From: Nitrospirota bacterium
Lineage (GTDB): Bacteria; Nitrospirota; UBA9217
Reading direction: 5' to 3'
NCBI GenBank assembly: GCA_963755045.1
Contig: CAVWIL010000006.1
Location: 74,664 to 138,663 of the forward strand
Length of the DNA stretch: 64,000 nt
Shown here: piece after piece, positions 50,129 to 59,873 of the stretch
How the letters are laid out: every line of letters begins with the position of its first letter
Numbering within the stretch: position 1 is the first letter of the stretch
Program-made: the position numbers and the translations under genes
The notes under the pieces: generated by a model
What the model was told of the DNA's origin: nothing
What the model saw: the letters and a program-made list of their open reading frames with translations, nothing else
The model's database searches: none

Positions 50129-50272
50129 CATTCGTATAAAAGTTGAAGGACGAGAAATATCACTAAGAACTGGATTCCCGCTTTCGCGGGAATGACTATA
50201 AAACAAGCAGTTAGGAATGTCATCCCCGTGAAAACGGGGATCCAGAGGTTCTTTTCAACTTGAATACGAATG
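50129..50272. repeat. ~145-nt composite foldback immediately downstream of pckG
   Basis: The outer arms are CATTCGTATAAAAGTTGAAGGA (50129-) and its complement (ending 50272). They enclose CTGGATTCCCGCTTTCGCGGGAATGAC (50170-50196) and GTCATCCCCGTGAAAACGGGGATCCAG (50219-50245). Confidence 0.75.
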
Positions 50273-50285
50273 AGGCGAAATTAAA

Positions 50286-52073
50286 CTACCCAAGCCGCTT
50301 CCTGAACTCCTCAAGCTGCTTTTTGAGTCGCACGGGAAGACGGCTGCCGAACAGCGCGAAGTGCTGCTCGATTTCCGGGATCTCCATACGCAATGCCGCC
50401 AGGTCAACAGCCATGAGCGCCGTCATGGTCTCCGTCGGGATGTCTAGACCCGCGAGGTCCAGATCTCCGTCCTTCGGCATCAGGCCGATGGGCGTTTCCC
50501 TGGCGCCGACCTTGCCGTCCACGCGCTCGCACATCCACTTGAGCACCCGGCTGTTGTCGCTGAACCCGGGCCACAGGAACCTTCCTTCCGGGCTCTTCCG
50601 GAACCAGTTGACGTAGAATATCCTGGGCGCCTTGGCACCAAGTCGATCGCCCATGGCAAGCCAGTGCTGGAAATAGTCTCCCATGTGATAGGCCAAAAAG
50701 GGTTTCATGGCAAAGGGATCTCGTCGCAAATTGCCGACCGCTCCGATGTTCGCGGACGTGGTCTCGGACGCCGCGATTGCACCAAGGAACACGCCATGGT
50801 CCCAGGAAAACGCCTCGGTGACAAGAGGTACAACGCTGCTTCTGCGGCCGCCGAAAATAAAGATGTCAATGGGAACACCCTCGGGGTTCTCCCAATCAGG
50901 ACAGATGACCGGGCATTGCGATGCAGGCGCTGTAAATCGCGCATTCGGATGGGCGGCATCTTCCTTGCTCGTAGGCGGCCAGTCGCGGCCCTTCCAGTCA
51001 ATAAGATGCGACGGCAATTCATCGGTCATGCCCTCCCACCAGACATCGCCGTCATCGGTGAGCGCGCAGTTCGTGAAGATGATGTTCTTCTTCAGCGTGT
51101 CCATGGCCATGGGATTCGTGTCATAGGACGTTCCAGGCGCAACGCCGAAAAAGCCGCTCTCGGGGTTGATGGCATGAAGCCTGCCGTCGCCCCGCACCTT
51201 CATCCACGCGATGTCGTCGCCGATGCATTCGCACTTCCATCCTTTGATCGACGGCACCATCATGGAGAGGTTCGTCTTGCCGCACGCCGAGGGGAACGCA
51301 GCCGCAATGTGATAGCGCCTGCCTTCGGGACTGATCAACCGCAGGATCAGCATGTGCTCCGCCATCCAGCCTTCTTTTCTCGCCATGTTCGAGGCGATCC
51401 GGAGCGCGAGGCACTTCTTCCCGAGCAGGGCGTTGCCGCCGTACCCGGAACCGTAGGACCAGATCAGGTTCTCCTCGGGAAAATGGCTGATATATTTCTT
51501 CTCGATCGGCGCGCACGGCCACACGGAATCCTTCTGGCCGGGAGCAAGGGGCGCGCCAATCGAATGAAGACAGGGAATGAACTCCCCGTTTTCGCCAAGC
51601 ACCTCGAGCACCCTGGTGCCGACGCGGGTCATGATGTGCATATTGCAGACAACATACGGGCTGTCGGTCAGTTCGACCCCGATCTTCGAAATGGGAGAGC
51701 CGATGGGCCCCATGGAAAACGGGATGACGAACATCGTACGCCCCTTCATGCAGCCCCGGTAAAATCCGCGCATGGTCTTCTTGAGCTCGTCCGGGTGGAC
51801 CCAGTTGTTGGTGGGGCCGGCCTCTTCCGAAGAGTGTGTGCTGATGTAGGTGCGGTCCTCCACACGGGCCACATCGCTGGGATCGGTACGGAACAAATGG
51901 CTGTTGGGCCGTTTCTTGAGCGGGATCGCCATGCCGCGTTGCTGCATGAGCGACATCATCCGGTCATACTCATCCTTCGATCCGTCGCACCAGGTGATCG
52001 AATCAGGTTGACAGAGATCGGCAACCTCCTTCACCCAGGCGTTCAGTTTTTCGTGCCCTGCTCCATTCTTCAT
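50286..52073 (-). CDS. pckG: Phosphoenolpyruvate carboxykinase (GTP)
   Basis: The ORF is intact, with a GAGGAG RBS. It reads [32 protein letters not shown]...[13 protein letters not shown] (kinase-1a)...YFGVAPGTS... Confidence 0.9.
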   Translation of the reverse strand: MKNGAGHEKLNAWVKEVADLCQPDSITWCDGSKDEYDRMMSLMQQRGMAIPLKKRPNSHLFRTDPSDVARVEDRTYISTHSSEEAGPTNNWVHPDELKKTMRGFYRGCMKGRTMFVIPFSMGPIGSPISKIGVELTDSPYVVCNMHIMTRVGTRVLEVLGENGEFIPCLHSIGAPLAPGQKDSVWPCAPIEKKYISHFPEENLIWSYGSGYGGNALLGKKCLALRIASNMARKEGWMAEHMLILRLISPEGRRYHIAAAFPSACGKTNLSMMVPSIKGWKCECIGDDIAWMKVRGDGRLHAINPESGFFGVAPGTSYDTNPMAMDTLKKNIIFTNCALTDDGDVWWEGMTDELPSHLIDWKGRDWPPTSKEDAAHPNARFTAPASQCPVICPDWENPEGVPIDIFIFGGRRSSVVPLVTEAFSWDHGVFLGAIAASETTSANIGAVGNLRRDPFAMKPFLAYHMGDYFQHWLAMGDRLGAKAPRIFYVNWFRKSPEGRFLWPGFSDNSRVLKWMCERVDGKVGARETPIGLMPKDGDLDLAGLDIPTETMTALMAVDLAALRMEIPEIEQHFALFGSRLPVRLKKQLEEFRKRLG

Positions 52074-52273
52074 AGTGAATCTCCTCGATATCATGATCGT
52101 TTTCCGGCCCGCTCTCCGGATAGCCGCGGGCCGTCTTCACCCGTTCAAGGTTGGTGTCATTGAACAGGTATTATGCATAATCAATGAAAAAAGTAAAGGG
52201 ACAACCGGATCTGAATAAAAAAAAGCCCCGCACGAGAACGGGGCCGAAGAAACCTGTTAAGAACATCCCCTGC

Positions 52274-53056
52274 TCAGCGCTGAATGCTCGCGTTTTCCAT
52301 GATCACCCCATATTTATATCCGGCGCCGAAGTCTTTATCTTTATAGATCGTGCCCTTCATCGTCACAATGTCTCCGACTGCCGGCAGGTCCTGTGATGTC
52401 GTGACCAGTTTGTTGGTTTGAGTGGCAGTATCACCCGTGCCGTCCTTCAAATGGATCCAGTTCTTGCCCATGATGCCCGCAGAAACCTTGACTACCTTTC
52501 CCTTGACCACAGCGGTTTTCTCGTTCAGTGTTGCCGCTTTTTCATAGATTTCGCCCACCGTATAGGCATCGGGACCCGAGGCCTTGTCAACGCTGATCTT
52601 CTCGTTCGCCATCGGAGGCGCGACCGGTTTGTCACCATGCTGCGAACTTGACGGCTTATTGGCAGCCACCGACCCCGGTTGAGAGGCAAGACCAGGGGAG
52701 AAGATGATGCTTTCAAATGTCCGATTGAGCGTTTTGCTTGTGAAGTTCCTCATCTCTGCGCCAGGCTGGTACGTCACCTTCTGCCCGACTTTGACCTTAG
52801 TCACCGGTATGGCAACCCAGGTCTTCTTCCCATTCTTCTCAACAACAGAGATGTAGGTGTAACCGCCGGCATTCATAGTCTCCACCACCTTGCCCGAAAG
52901 GGAAGAGGAATTAAGAGCAGCCCCTGCTTTTTCCACCTTTTTTTCCGGCGGCGGTACGGGTGAAGGTTTATCCGTCACAGCAAAAGCAGAGACGGCAGAT
53001 AAGATCATCGAGGAGATAATTACCGCTGGTACTGCATGTCCAAAAAATCGTTTCAT
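52274..53056 (-). CDS. Secreted protein with two OB-fold-like repeats (hypothetical)
   Basis: The signal peptide is MKRFFGHAVPAVIISSMILSAVSAFA. The repeats are GKVVETMNAGGYTYISVVEKNGKKTWVAIP and VKGKVVKVSAGIMGKNWIHLKDGTGD. Pro/Ser-rich linkers join them. Confidence 0.5.
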   Translation of the reverse strand: MKRFFGHAVPAVIISSMILSAVSAFAVTDKPSPVPPPEKKVEKAGAALNSSSLSGKVVETMNAGGYTYISVVEKNGKKTWVAIPVTKVKVGQKVTYQPGAEMRNFTSKTLNRTFESIIFSPGLASQPGSVAANKPSSSQHGDKPVAPPMANEKISVDKASGPDAYTVGEIYEKAATLNEKTAVVKGKVVKVSAGIMGKNWIHLKDGTGDTATQTNKLVTTSQDLPAVGDIVTMKGTIYKDKDFGAGYKYGVIMENASIQR

Positions 53057-53304
53057 TTTTTCGCTCCCTGTAATTGAGGTTGATTTGATTCAGGCCTTTG
53101 TCGGGTGAATCATGATATAAGCAATAGGCACCTTACCGCTTTTGGCGCAAATAATCAAGCGGGTTTTTCGATAGCCGGCTTCTCCCGGCGAAACGTATTG
53201 CACAAGGAATACGCAGGCACCCATGAAATCAATTCGTGCCATACATCAATTTCGTGATATTCGTGATACTGCCTTGATACTTTTCTCGCCTTGGGTGCGT
53301 TCGA

Positions 53305-53787
53305 TCAGAGCTTGTACCCGATCCTTCGCAGAAATTCCTTCCGCTGCGTCTTGTCAGCCGGCGTTTCCACTCCCTTAGGGGAGAAACCATCGATCACGCC
53401 AAGTATGCCCTTGCCCTGGGGAGACGCTGCAACTACCACTTCGAGCGGGTTCGCCGTGGCGCAAAAGATGCGGCAGACCTCGGGACAGTTCTTGATCGGG
53501 GTGAGGACATTGACGGGGAATGCGTTCTTGAGATAGATGCAGAAGACATGGCCCGCACCAATGGATTGGAGCGTTTTCACGCAGGAAGTGATAAGTTCCT
53601 CGTCGTTCCCTTCCGTGCGGATGAGGCAGGGACCCGACGCCTCGGTAAAGGCAATGCCGAACTTCGCCTGTGGGACGGTCGTGACGATGATCTCATACAG
53701 GTCTTCTGCGGTCTTGATGAAGTGGGTCTGACCGAGGATGATATTGCAGCCTTCGGGAATATCAACTTTTACGATATGCCTGTCCAT
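53305..53787 (-). CDS. Adenosine-specific kinase family protein (PF04008-like)
   Basis: This 160-aa ORF reads [48 protein letters not shown]...[19 protein letters not shown]...[11 protein letters not shown]. The family call is from memory. Confidence 0.55.
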   Translation of the reverse strand: MDRHIVKVDIPEGCNIILGQTHFIKTAEDLYEIIVTTVPQAKFGIAFTEASGPCLIRTEGNDEELITSCVKTLQSIGAGHVFCIYLKNAFPVNVLTPIKNCPEVCRIFCATANPLEVVVAASPQGKGILGVIDGFSPKGVETPADKTQRKEFLRRIGYKL

Positions 53788-53888
53788 ATGCGCACCTCCC
53801 TGCTCGGATTGATAACAGATCGGTTATGATTCGAGAGAAAGAATTGACACGCAATGGAAGAGGGTCGAATGCGGAATCCTGCGTGCGA

Positions 53889-54575
53889 TCAGAGCGGGTT
53901 CTTGTTCAGCACCGCGGATTCAGTGCCGTTTTGGAGCAATTCAAGCATACGGGCCAGGGATTCTTCGTGGAGTTCCTGAATGAGTTCCTTGTCCACTCCC
54001 CGCTTTCTCTTCTTGTTCAGGAACGAAAGAAAGACCATGCTTTTGTAGATCCGCTTGTTGGTCTTGAAGGAAAAAATGTAACTGTCCAGCGAGTTTTCGA
54101 GCAGCAGATCGCTCCGCTTCCGGACCGCCTTACTGATCATGACGGTCTGGAGCCAGTAGGTCTTATCGATCAGGCTGTCAGCCTTCATCTCGACCCACGT
54201 ATGTCCCATGTTCCCCTTCTCATCCGTCAGGGTCTCATGGGCCACGGTATCGGCGGCAAGATGGGACAGATAGCCGTAGGCAAACGCCCGCTCGGGCCAG
54301 GTCTTTGCCTGGTCCAGCAGCTTCAGACCCACATCCCAGGAGTGTGAACTCTTGTCGTCGGGGAGATATTTTTTGCCGAGGATGATATCGGCCATGAGGT
54401 TGCCGTAGAGGAAATCCTGACGGTGTTTTTTGAGAAGCGCGAGTATGCCGGCAGGGATGAGCGGCGCACAGTTCAGCAGCTCATTGCCGAGATACATATG
54501 GGTCAGGGGACCCCAGGCAAAAGCAAAAGAAGGAATAAGAATGAAACCGGCTGCAAGGAATAAAATAAATGACAT
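53889..54575 (-). CDS. Zinc-dependent phospholipase C-like family membrane/secreted protein
   Basis: MSFILFLAAGFILIPSFAFAWGPLTHMYLG carries the WG..TH metal motif. HLAADTVAHE is also present. The call is tentative. Confidence 0.45.
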   Translation of the reverse strand: MSFILFLAAGFILIPSFAFAWGPLTHMYLGNELLNCAPLIPAGILALLKKHRQDFLYGNLMADIILGKKYLPDDKSSHSWDVGLKLLDQAKTWPERAFAYGYLSHLAADTVAHETLTDEKGNMGHTWVEMKADSLIDKTYWLQTVMISKAVRKRSDLLLENSLDSYIFSFKTNKRIYKSMVFLSFLNKKRKRGVDKELIQELHEESLARMLELLQNGTESAVLNKNPL

Positions 54576-54784
54576 GTGCTCTTTTTCTGGCTCGTATAAA
54601 AAAATGACCGGAACAACAAACCTAAACATAATAACTCTTCTGTACCCTCTACGTCAATACAAAATTTACATCAAAACAGTTTCTCATAGGTGCGGATATG
54701 TCCATGTCAACACAAGTTGCTGAGATTGCATCCGAAGCCTGGATACGTTGGTTCGGTTAAAATCTCTTTTATATCACGATGCGA

Positions 54785-55013
54785 TTACTTGCACCCTGCG
54801 CAGGATGAGGAAGAACAGCCGCCGCAGCCGGAACTTCTGCCGGAAGAAGCTGATGACGAACTGCCTGAAGACCTGCCCATGCCGAAGCGTGACACGAGCT
54901 TCTCCGTCTTCTTAGAGCCGCACTTTTCGCAGGATGACTTCTGGATGTGATCCGAAGACAAGCTTCTCGAAATCAGCGTTGCAGTTATTGCAGTGATATT
55001 CGTAGATGGGCAT
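54785..55013 (-). CDS. FmdB-family zinc-ribbon protein (CxxC_CxxC_SSSS type) with Ser/Cys-rich tail, one frameshift
   Basis: ATG 55013 reads MPIYEYHCNNCNADFEKLVFGS. After a shift near 54950 it continues HIQKSSCEKCGSKKTEKLVSRFGMGRSSGSSSSASSGRSSGCGGCSSSSCAGCK*. The span is 229 nt (3n+1). Confidence 0.7.
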
Positions 55014-56323
55014 AGTATTATTTTAATCCTAAAAAAACGTTTAGGCCCCGAAAAATCGGAATTTACCCTTATGATAAGCGCTTCTTCCAGCAGCTGTACC
55101 GGGTGCACCACTCCAATCTCCGAACCATGCCGCTTCAGCGCATCAGTAATCTGCATACAACAGCCCGGACAGCCCGTGGCTACTACCGCAGCGCGGGTCG
55201 CGATAATATTGTTTACTTTGTCCACGGCAATACCATCGGAAAGCTCCCGGTGGGTTATCCGCATCACCCCGCCAAACCCGCAGCAGCGGTCCGGGTCCTT
55301 CATCTCCGCGAGGGTAAGGCCGGGTATGGTCTGAAGCAGGTCTCGCACGGTCCGCGATAGTCCTTGACCTCTGCCGAGGTGGCATGGGTCATGAACGGTT
55401 ACGCTCTTGCTGACCGGGTTGAGCTTGATCCCTGCGATCCGGCCAGCAAGAAACTCATGGATGTCGAGCACAACCGGCGCCTTCGCACCGGGCTGAAGCA
55501 GTTTAGGGTAATCCTTTTTAAACGTCAGGCCGCAAGAGGCGCAGGAGGTGATGATTGCTTCCACCTCAAGCGCTTCGAAGAGCGCGGCGTTATGCGCGGC
55601 AAGCTCTTGCGCTGCCTGTCGGTCGCCGAGCGAAAGAAGCGGCCTGCCGCAGCATTTCAGGTCGTCGGGCACGATCACGTCATATCCGATCGTATTCACC
55701 ACGCGTATCGTCGCGGCTCCAATGTCATGCTGAACATGCCCAATCGCACACCCCGGGAAAAAAGCAACCCTGCCGCGTCTCCCGGTTTTCTTTGAACTTT
55801 GAACGAAGCCTGCCCTCGAATGTTTTAATCGCGGTAACCTTGAACTTTTTCTCCGTCCCGGTGCCCCCTCTGAACCCTGGACCCTGTCCCCCGGACCTTG
55901 CCTTGAATAATGAAGTGCAACCGGGGCAAACCGGGCGGCAACGCGAAACAGTGCGGGCCGTTTCACCATGCCGGCGATGAGGCTGCTGACGATACCCCTG
56001 CCGGAATCCGCGACCACCTGCTCTTTTGCAGCCTGGATGATCTCCGTCACCGGCACGTTGCTCGGGCAGGCCGCCTCGCAGGCCAGGCATGTCGTGCATG
56101 TCGCAAGACGTTCTTTATATATCCCGGAGACCGCAAGCCGTCCGTTTAATACCGCGTGAATGAGTGCCATCCTGCCTCGCGCCGAGTAGGATTCGTTTCG
56201 TTCATGCAGATACGTTGGACAGACCCCGGCGCAGGACCCGCACTTTACGCAGTGTGCGATCTCCTCCCGGTAGGTCTGGAGAAGCGGGTACCGCGGGGTC
56301 GTTTCAGGCCGGATGCGCTTCAT
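55014..56323 (-). CDS. (Fe-S)-binding protein of the GlcF/HdrD/LutA type (2x4Fe-4S plus two CCG domains); 3' end uncertain
   Basis: It reads MKRIRPETTPRYPLLQTYREEIAHCVKCGSCAGVCPTY...CTTCLACEAACPSNV...FFPGCAIGH...LKCCGRP...VHDPCHLGRG...DRCCGFGG...ATGCPGCCMQI. As sequenced there is no stop before the fmdB tail frame (ORF 54785-56500). Confidence 0.75.
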
Positions 56324-56952
56324 GGCAGGATCGTTACCGGGGTGCCGAGCGACACCACGCGGTAAACCTCGTCTACATCGGCGTTGTCGAGGGCGATGCA
56401 ACCGTCGGTCCAGTTTATATCGGCGGACAGTCGACGCGCATCCTCGGCACCGAGCATTCTGCCATGGATACCCACGGCCCCGCCGAGCCGCGTCTCCCAC
56501 GGCGGCAACGACCGTTCCTCGATCGCCTTCTTGATCATCGCATACTCATCCGGAGCGATCATCCCGGAGCGGAGCCCCTCTTCCGCATGTTTCAAACCCG
56601 GATAGCTGAGGCCCATGAACTTGTAGAACCGCTTGCTGTGGTTCTTGGTACAAATATAGAACTCCCCTTCCGGCGTCCGCCGGTCGCCCATCCTTTGTTT
56701 ATCGCCGTCCCCATAGCCCCTGCCGAATACGGACTGGTACGTCTTGACGGGAGTCTCACCCTTGTAGAGGATCATGGTATATCTCGATTTTTGGATAACA
56801 AGCTTGACGGTGCCGTCAAGTGAGGAAAGCAGTGTTTCAAAGGCATCCGTATGGCGGGCGGGCGTCTCAGGCAGCGGCGAAATGCAGGTCAGCAGCAGGA
56901 ACGCGGCAAGGGGTATGAGTACACGGCTGCTATTTCTCTGATTCAGCGCCAT
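56320..56952 (-). CDS. L,D-transpeptidase (YkuD domain) with signal peptide
   Basis: It reads MALNQRNSSRVLIPLAAFLLLTC...TPEGEFYICTKN...GGAVGIHG...WTDGCIALDNADVDEVY (the HG...C catalytic motif). The stop overlaps the next gene's ATG. Confidence 0.8.
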   Translation of the reverse strand: MALNQRNSSRVLIPLAAFLLLTCISPLPETPARHTDAFETLLSSLDGTVKLVIQKSRYTMILYKGETPVKTYQSVFGRGYGDGDKQRMGDRRTPEGEFYICTKNHSKRFYKFMGLSYPGLKHAEEGLRSGMIAPDEYAMIKKAIEERSLPPWETRLGGAVGIHGRMLGAEDARRLSADINWTDGCIALDNADVDEVYRVVSLGTPVTILP

Positions 56953-56966
56953 TCGTCTGCCCGCGG

Positions 56967-57227
56967 TCACGCGCGGTTCTTTTCCTCGTACTGTCTGGCA
57001 CAGGCCTCGCTGCAGAAGTAAGTAAGCGTGCCCCGAATGCGCCGTGCAACGGCGCGGTTCTTTACCACATAGGTACGGCATTCAGGATCAAGGACCATTT
57101 CATCTCCTATGACCCGCCTGCTGCGCTGTTTTTCATCATCGTGGTAGGACTTGACCGCCGACCGGACCACGGTCTTGACCGCGAAATAGATCACAAAAAT
57201 GGCGAGGAAAAACAGCAAGCCCCTCAT
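56967..57227 (-). CDS. Small membrane-anchored protein with C-terminal Cys motif (TRASH/YHS-like), hypothetical
   Basis: The TM helix is MRGLLFFLAIFVIYFAV. The C-terminal part reads ...DPECRTYVVKNRAVARRIRGTLTYFCSEACARQY. Confidence 0.5.
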   Translation of the reverse strand: MRGLLFFLAIFVIYFAVKTVVRSAVKSYHDDEKQRSRRVIGDEMVLDPECRTYVVKNRAVARRIRGTLTYFCSEACARQYEEKNRA

Positions 57228-57276
57228 CGTGGAGACTCCTTGTTGTGCGCTTTTTTCAATGTCATAGTCGTGGACC

Positions 57277-58836
57277 TCAATGCCTGAAATGCCGCATCCC
57301 GGTCATGACCATGGCAATGCCGTGCTCGTTCGCCGCCTTGATCACCTCTTCGTCCTTGAGCGACCCGCCGGGCTGGATGACAGCGGTGACGCCAGCCTTC
57401 GCCGCCTCGTCGAGTCCGTCGCGGAAGGGGAAGAAGGCGTCCGAGGCAAGCACGGTCCCCGTAAGCGGGAACTGCGCCTTCATCACGGCGATACGCACCG
57501 AATCAAGACGGCTCATCTGGCCGGCCCCGATGCCGATGGTCCGGTCATTTGTGGTAAAGATGATGGCATTCGACTTCACATGTTTGCAGACCTTCCAGGC
57601 GAAGGCAAGGGCTTCGTATTCGTCATCAGTGGGTTTCCGCGCGGTCGCGATGGTCAGTTTCCTGATGTCTGTGATCCGGCCGAGGTCGCGGTCCTGATAG
57701 ATAAGCCCGCCCACGATTTTTTTCATATCCATGCCCTCGGGCTCGCCCGTCACCGTGGGACCGACGTCGAGCAGCCTCAGGTCCTTTTTCCGCCTGAGTT
57801 CTTCGAGTGCGTCAGGCGCGTACTCGGGCGCAACCACCACTTCCACGAAGGTGGACGTGAGTTCTTTTGCCGTATCAAAATCCACCATGCGGTTAAAGGC
57901 GATCACCCCGCCGAAGGCCGCGACCGGGTCGCAATCACGCGCCTTACGATAGGCCTCCACGGGCGTTGCTGCCGTGGCCACGCCGCAGGGATTGTTGTGC
58001 TTCACGATGATCGCTGCGGTCTGGTCGTATTCCTTCGCAAGCTCGAGCGCGCTGTTCGCATCAAGGAAATTGTTAAAGGACATCTCTTTACCCTGCAGCT
58101 GTCTCGCATGGGCAACGCACGGCTCCCTGCGCCCGAATTCCCTGTAGAACGCCCCCTGCTGATGGGGATTCTCGCCGTAGCGCAGGTTCTGCACCTTCTC
58201 AAGCTGAAGCGTGAGGATATTGGGGAATCGGGTCTTCTCGTCTGCCGGCACCTGGCTGTCGAGCCAGGCCGAGATCGCGCTATCGTAGCGGGCGGTATGG
58301 AGAAAGACCGTGCGGCAAAGCTCAAAGCGGGTCTTTGCCGAGACCTCGCCGTGCTTCTGAAGCTCTTCGAGCACGCGGTCGTAGTCGCGGGGCGACACCA
58401 CCACGGCCACGTCGGTGTAATTCTTGGCCGCGGAACGCAGCATGGTCGGGCCGCCGATATCGATGTTCTCGATCGCGTCCTCGAGGGTGCACCCCGGTTT
58501 AGCCACCGTCTGCTCAAAGGGGTAGAGGTTCACGACCACAAGATCGATGGGCTCGATGCCGTGCTGTTTCATCTGTCTCACATGCTCGGGATTGCCGCGC
58601 CTGCCGAGGATCCCGCCATGCACCTTGGGATGCAGGGTCTTGACCCTGCCGTCGAGCATCTCGGGGAATCCCGTGAACTCTGAAACATCCTTGACCTTGA
58701 CGCCGGCATCGCGGAGCATCTTTGCCGTCCCCCCTGTGGACAGGATCTCAATGCCGAGTTTCTCGATCCCCTTGGCGAAATCGAGAATGCCTTCCTTGTG
58801 TGAAACACTGATGAGTGCGCGCGTCACTTTGGCCAC
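57277..58836 (-). CDS. purH: Bifunctional AICAR formyltransferase / IMP cyclohydrolase
   Basis: This is an intact 519-aa ORF. It reads ALISVSHKEGILDFAKGIEKLGIEILSTGGTAKML...KTLHPKVHGGIL...GAGQMSRLDSV...VASDAFFPFRDG...IQPGGS. Confidence 0.92.
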   Translation of the reverse strand: MAKVTRALISVSHKEGILDFAKGIEKLGIEILSTGGTAKMLRDAGVKVKDVSEFTGFPEMLDGRVKTLHPKVHGGILGRRGNPEHVRQMKQHGIEPIDLVVVNLYPFEQTVAKPGCTLEDAIENIDIGGPTMLRSAAKNYTDVAVVVSPRDYDRVLEELQKHGEVSAKTRFELCRTVFLHTARYDSAISAWLDSQVPADEKTRFPNILTLQLEKVQNLRYGENPHQQGAFYREFGRREPCVAHARQLQGKEMSFNNFLDANSALELAKEYDQTAAIIVKHNNPCGVATAATPVEAYRKARDCDPVAAFGGVIAFNRMVDFDTAKELTSTFVEVVVAPEYAPDALEELRRKKDLRLLDVGPTVTGEPEGMDMKKIVGGLIYQDRDLGRITDIRKLTIATARKPTDDEYEALAFAWKVCKHVKSNAIIFTTNDRTIGIGAGQMSRLDSVRIAVMKAQFPLTGTVLASDAFFPFRDGLDEAAKAGVTAVIQPGGSLKDEEVIKAANEHGIAMVMTGMRHFRH

Positions 58837-58944
58837 CGGGTGAACCTCCAGGATAAAGATTGACAGGAAACCGCAGCAGAACGTGCAGAATTGTAACCGA
58901 TAGGGCGATGAAAGTCAATTTATGGTGAACTCGTAAAGCGGGCT

Positions 58945-59030
58945 TTCACCACAGAGGCATGGAGGGCACAAAGAATAAATCCTTTGGCTTCAACCTGCTT
59001 CCCTCCGTGACTCAGTGTCTCCGTGGTGAA
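58945..59030. repeat. Word hairpin (CACAGAGG/CCTCCGTG words) between purH and the ferritin-like gene
   Basis: TTCACCACAGAGGCATGGAGGGCACAAAG (58945-58973) opposes CTTCCCTCCGTGACTCAGTGTCTCCGTGGTGAA (58998-59030). Confidence 0.65.
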
Positions 59031-59064
59031 TTTTGTCTATTTGTTATGGATTATAACCCTTCTC

Positions 59065-59541
59065 TTATTTCACCAGACCCGTCCGGAAGGCATCGAGCCA
59101 CCTGATATGGCTTTTCTCCTCGTTGATGACCTCGTCGACCACTTCCTTCTCTTTTACGAGGGACCTGAGCTCATAAAAGTAGAGGAGCGTCTCTTTTTCG
59201 AAACCCAGCGCAAACGTAACGGCATCCTGTACGGTCTTCAACTGGTCCATGGACGGAAGGGCCTTTCCCCTGCCGAGGAAGAATTCGGATTCGACAAAGG
59301 CCCGCATATAATTGCTCACCTCTTCCCACTCGACCGGCTCGGCCCCCTGCTTCGCGACCTTCGCTTTTAGATCGGTAAAGGTCTTCTCGTGCACTTTTTC
59401 CTTTGACGCCAGGGTGCTAAACAGCTTGACCAGGCCGTCGTCCTTTTTGAACTTCTCCGCCATGTTCGTATAGAACTGGTACCCGAGCGTTTCCGTTCGT
59501 ACTGCCATCTCCATGATCTCATTGATCGAATATTTATTCAT
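59065..59541 (-). CDS. Ferritin-like (rubrerythrin-family four-helix bundle) protein
   Basis: It reads MNKYSINEIMEMAVRTETLGYQFYTNMAEKF...EKVHEKTF...ALGFEKETLLYFYEL...EEKSHIRWL (the ExxH metal motifs). Confidence 0.65.
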   Translation of the reverse strand: MNKYSINEIMEMAVRTETLGYQFYTNMAEKFKKDDGLVKLFSTLASKEKVHEKTFTDLKAKVAKQGAEPVEWEEVSNYMRAFVESEFFLGRGKALPSMDQLKTVQDAVTFALGFEKETLLYFYELRSLVKEKEVVDEVINEEKSHIRWLDAFRTGLVK

Positions 59542-59873
59542 GCCTGTCTCCCTTATAAACAAATAGATGATGTCCGTTGCATACTGTCTACCGCGGCGCC
59601 TGAAAATAATAGCGTGTTACCGTGAAGGTGTCAATCGAATTTTATTCCGTTCATGGCGGCTTTCCTGTCGAGCCCCGAACACGTCGACTCAGAGGCTGTG
59701 GTGCAGAAACACGAGGCCGGCATGCCAATCAAAAAGCTGCCAATACCCCGGCTCTGCCTGCCGCTGTTTCGTGGTTGACAAGTACGCTCTGTTTTGCTAC
59801 ATTTGCGCGGGACTTGGAACGTAAGGGTCAGAAGCAGTACGAGAACAAAATATCGAGCGATCAGGAGGCGATC

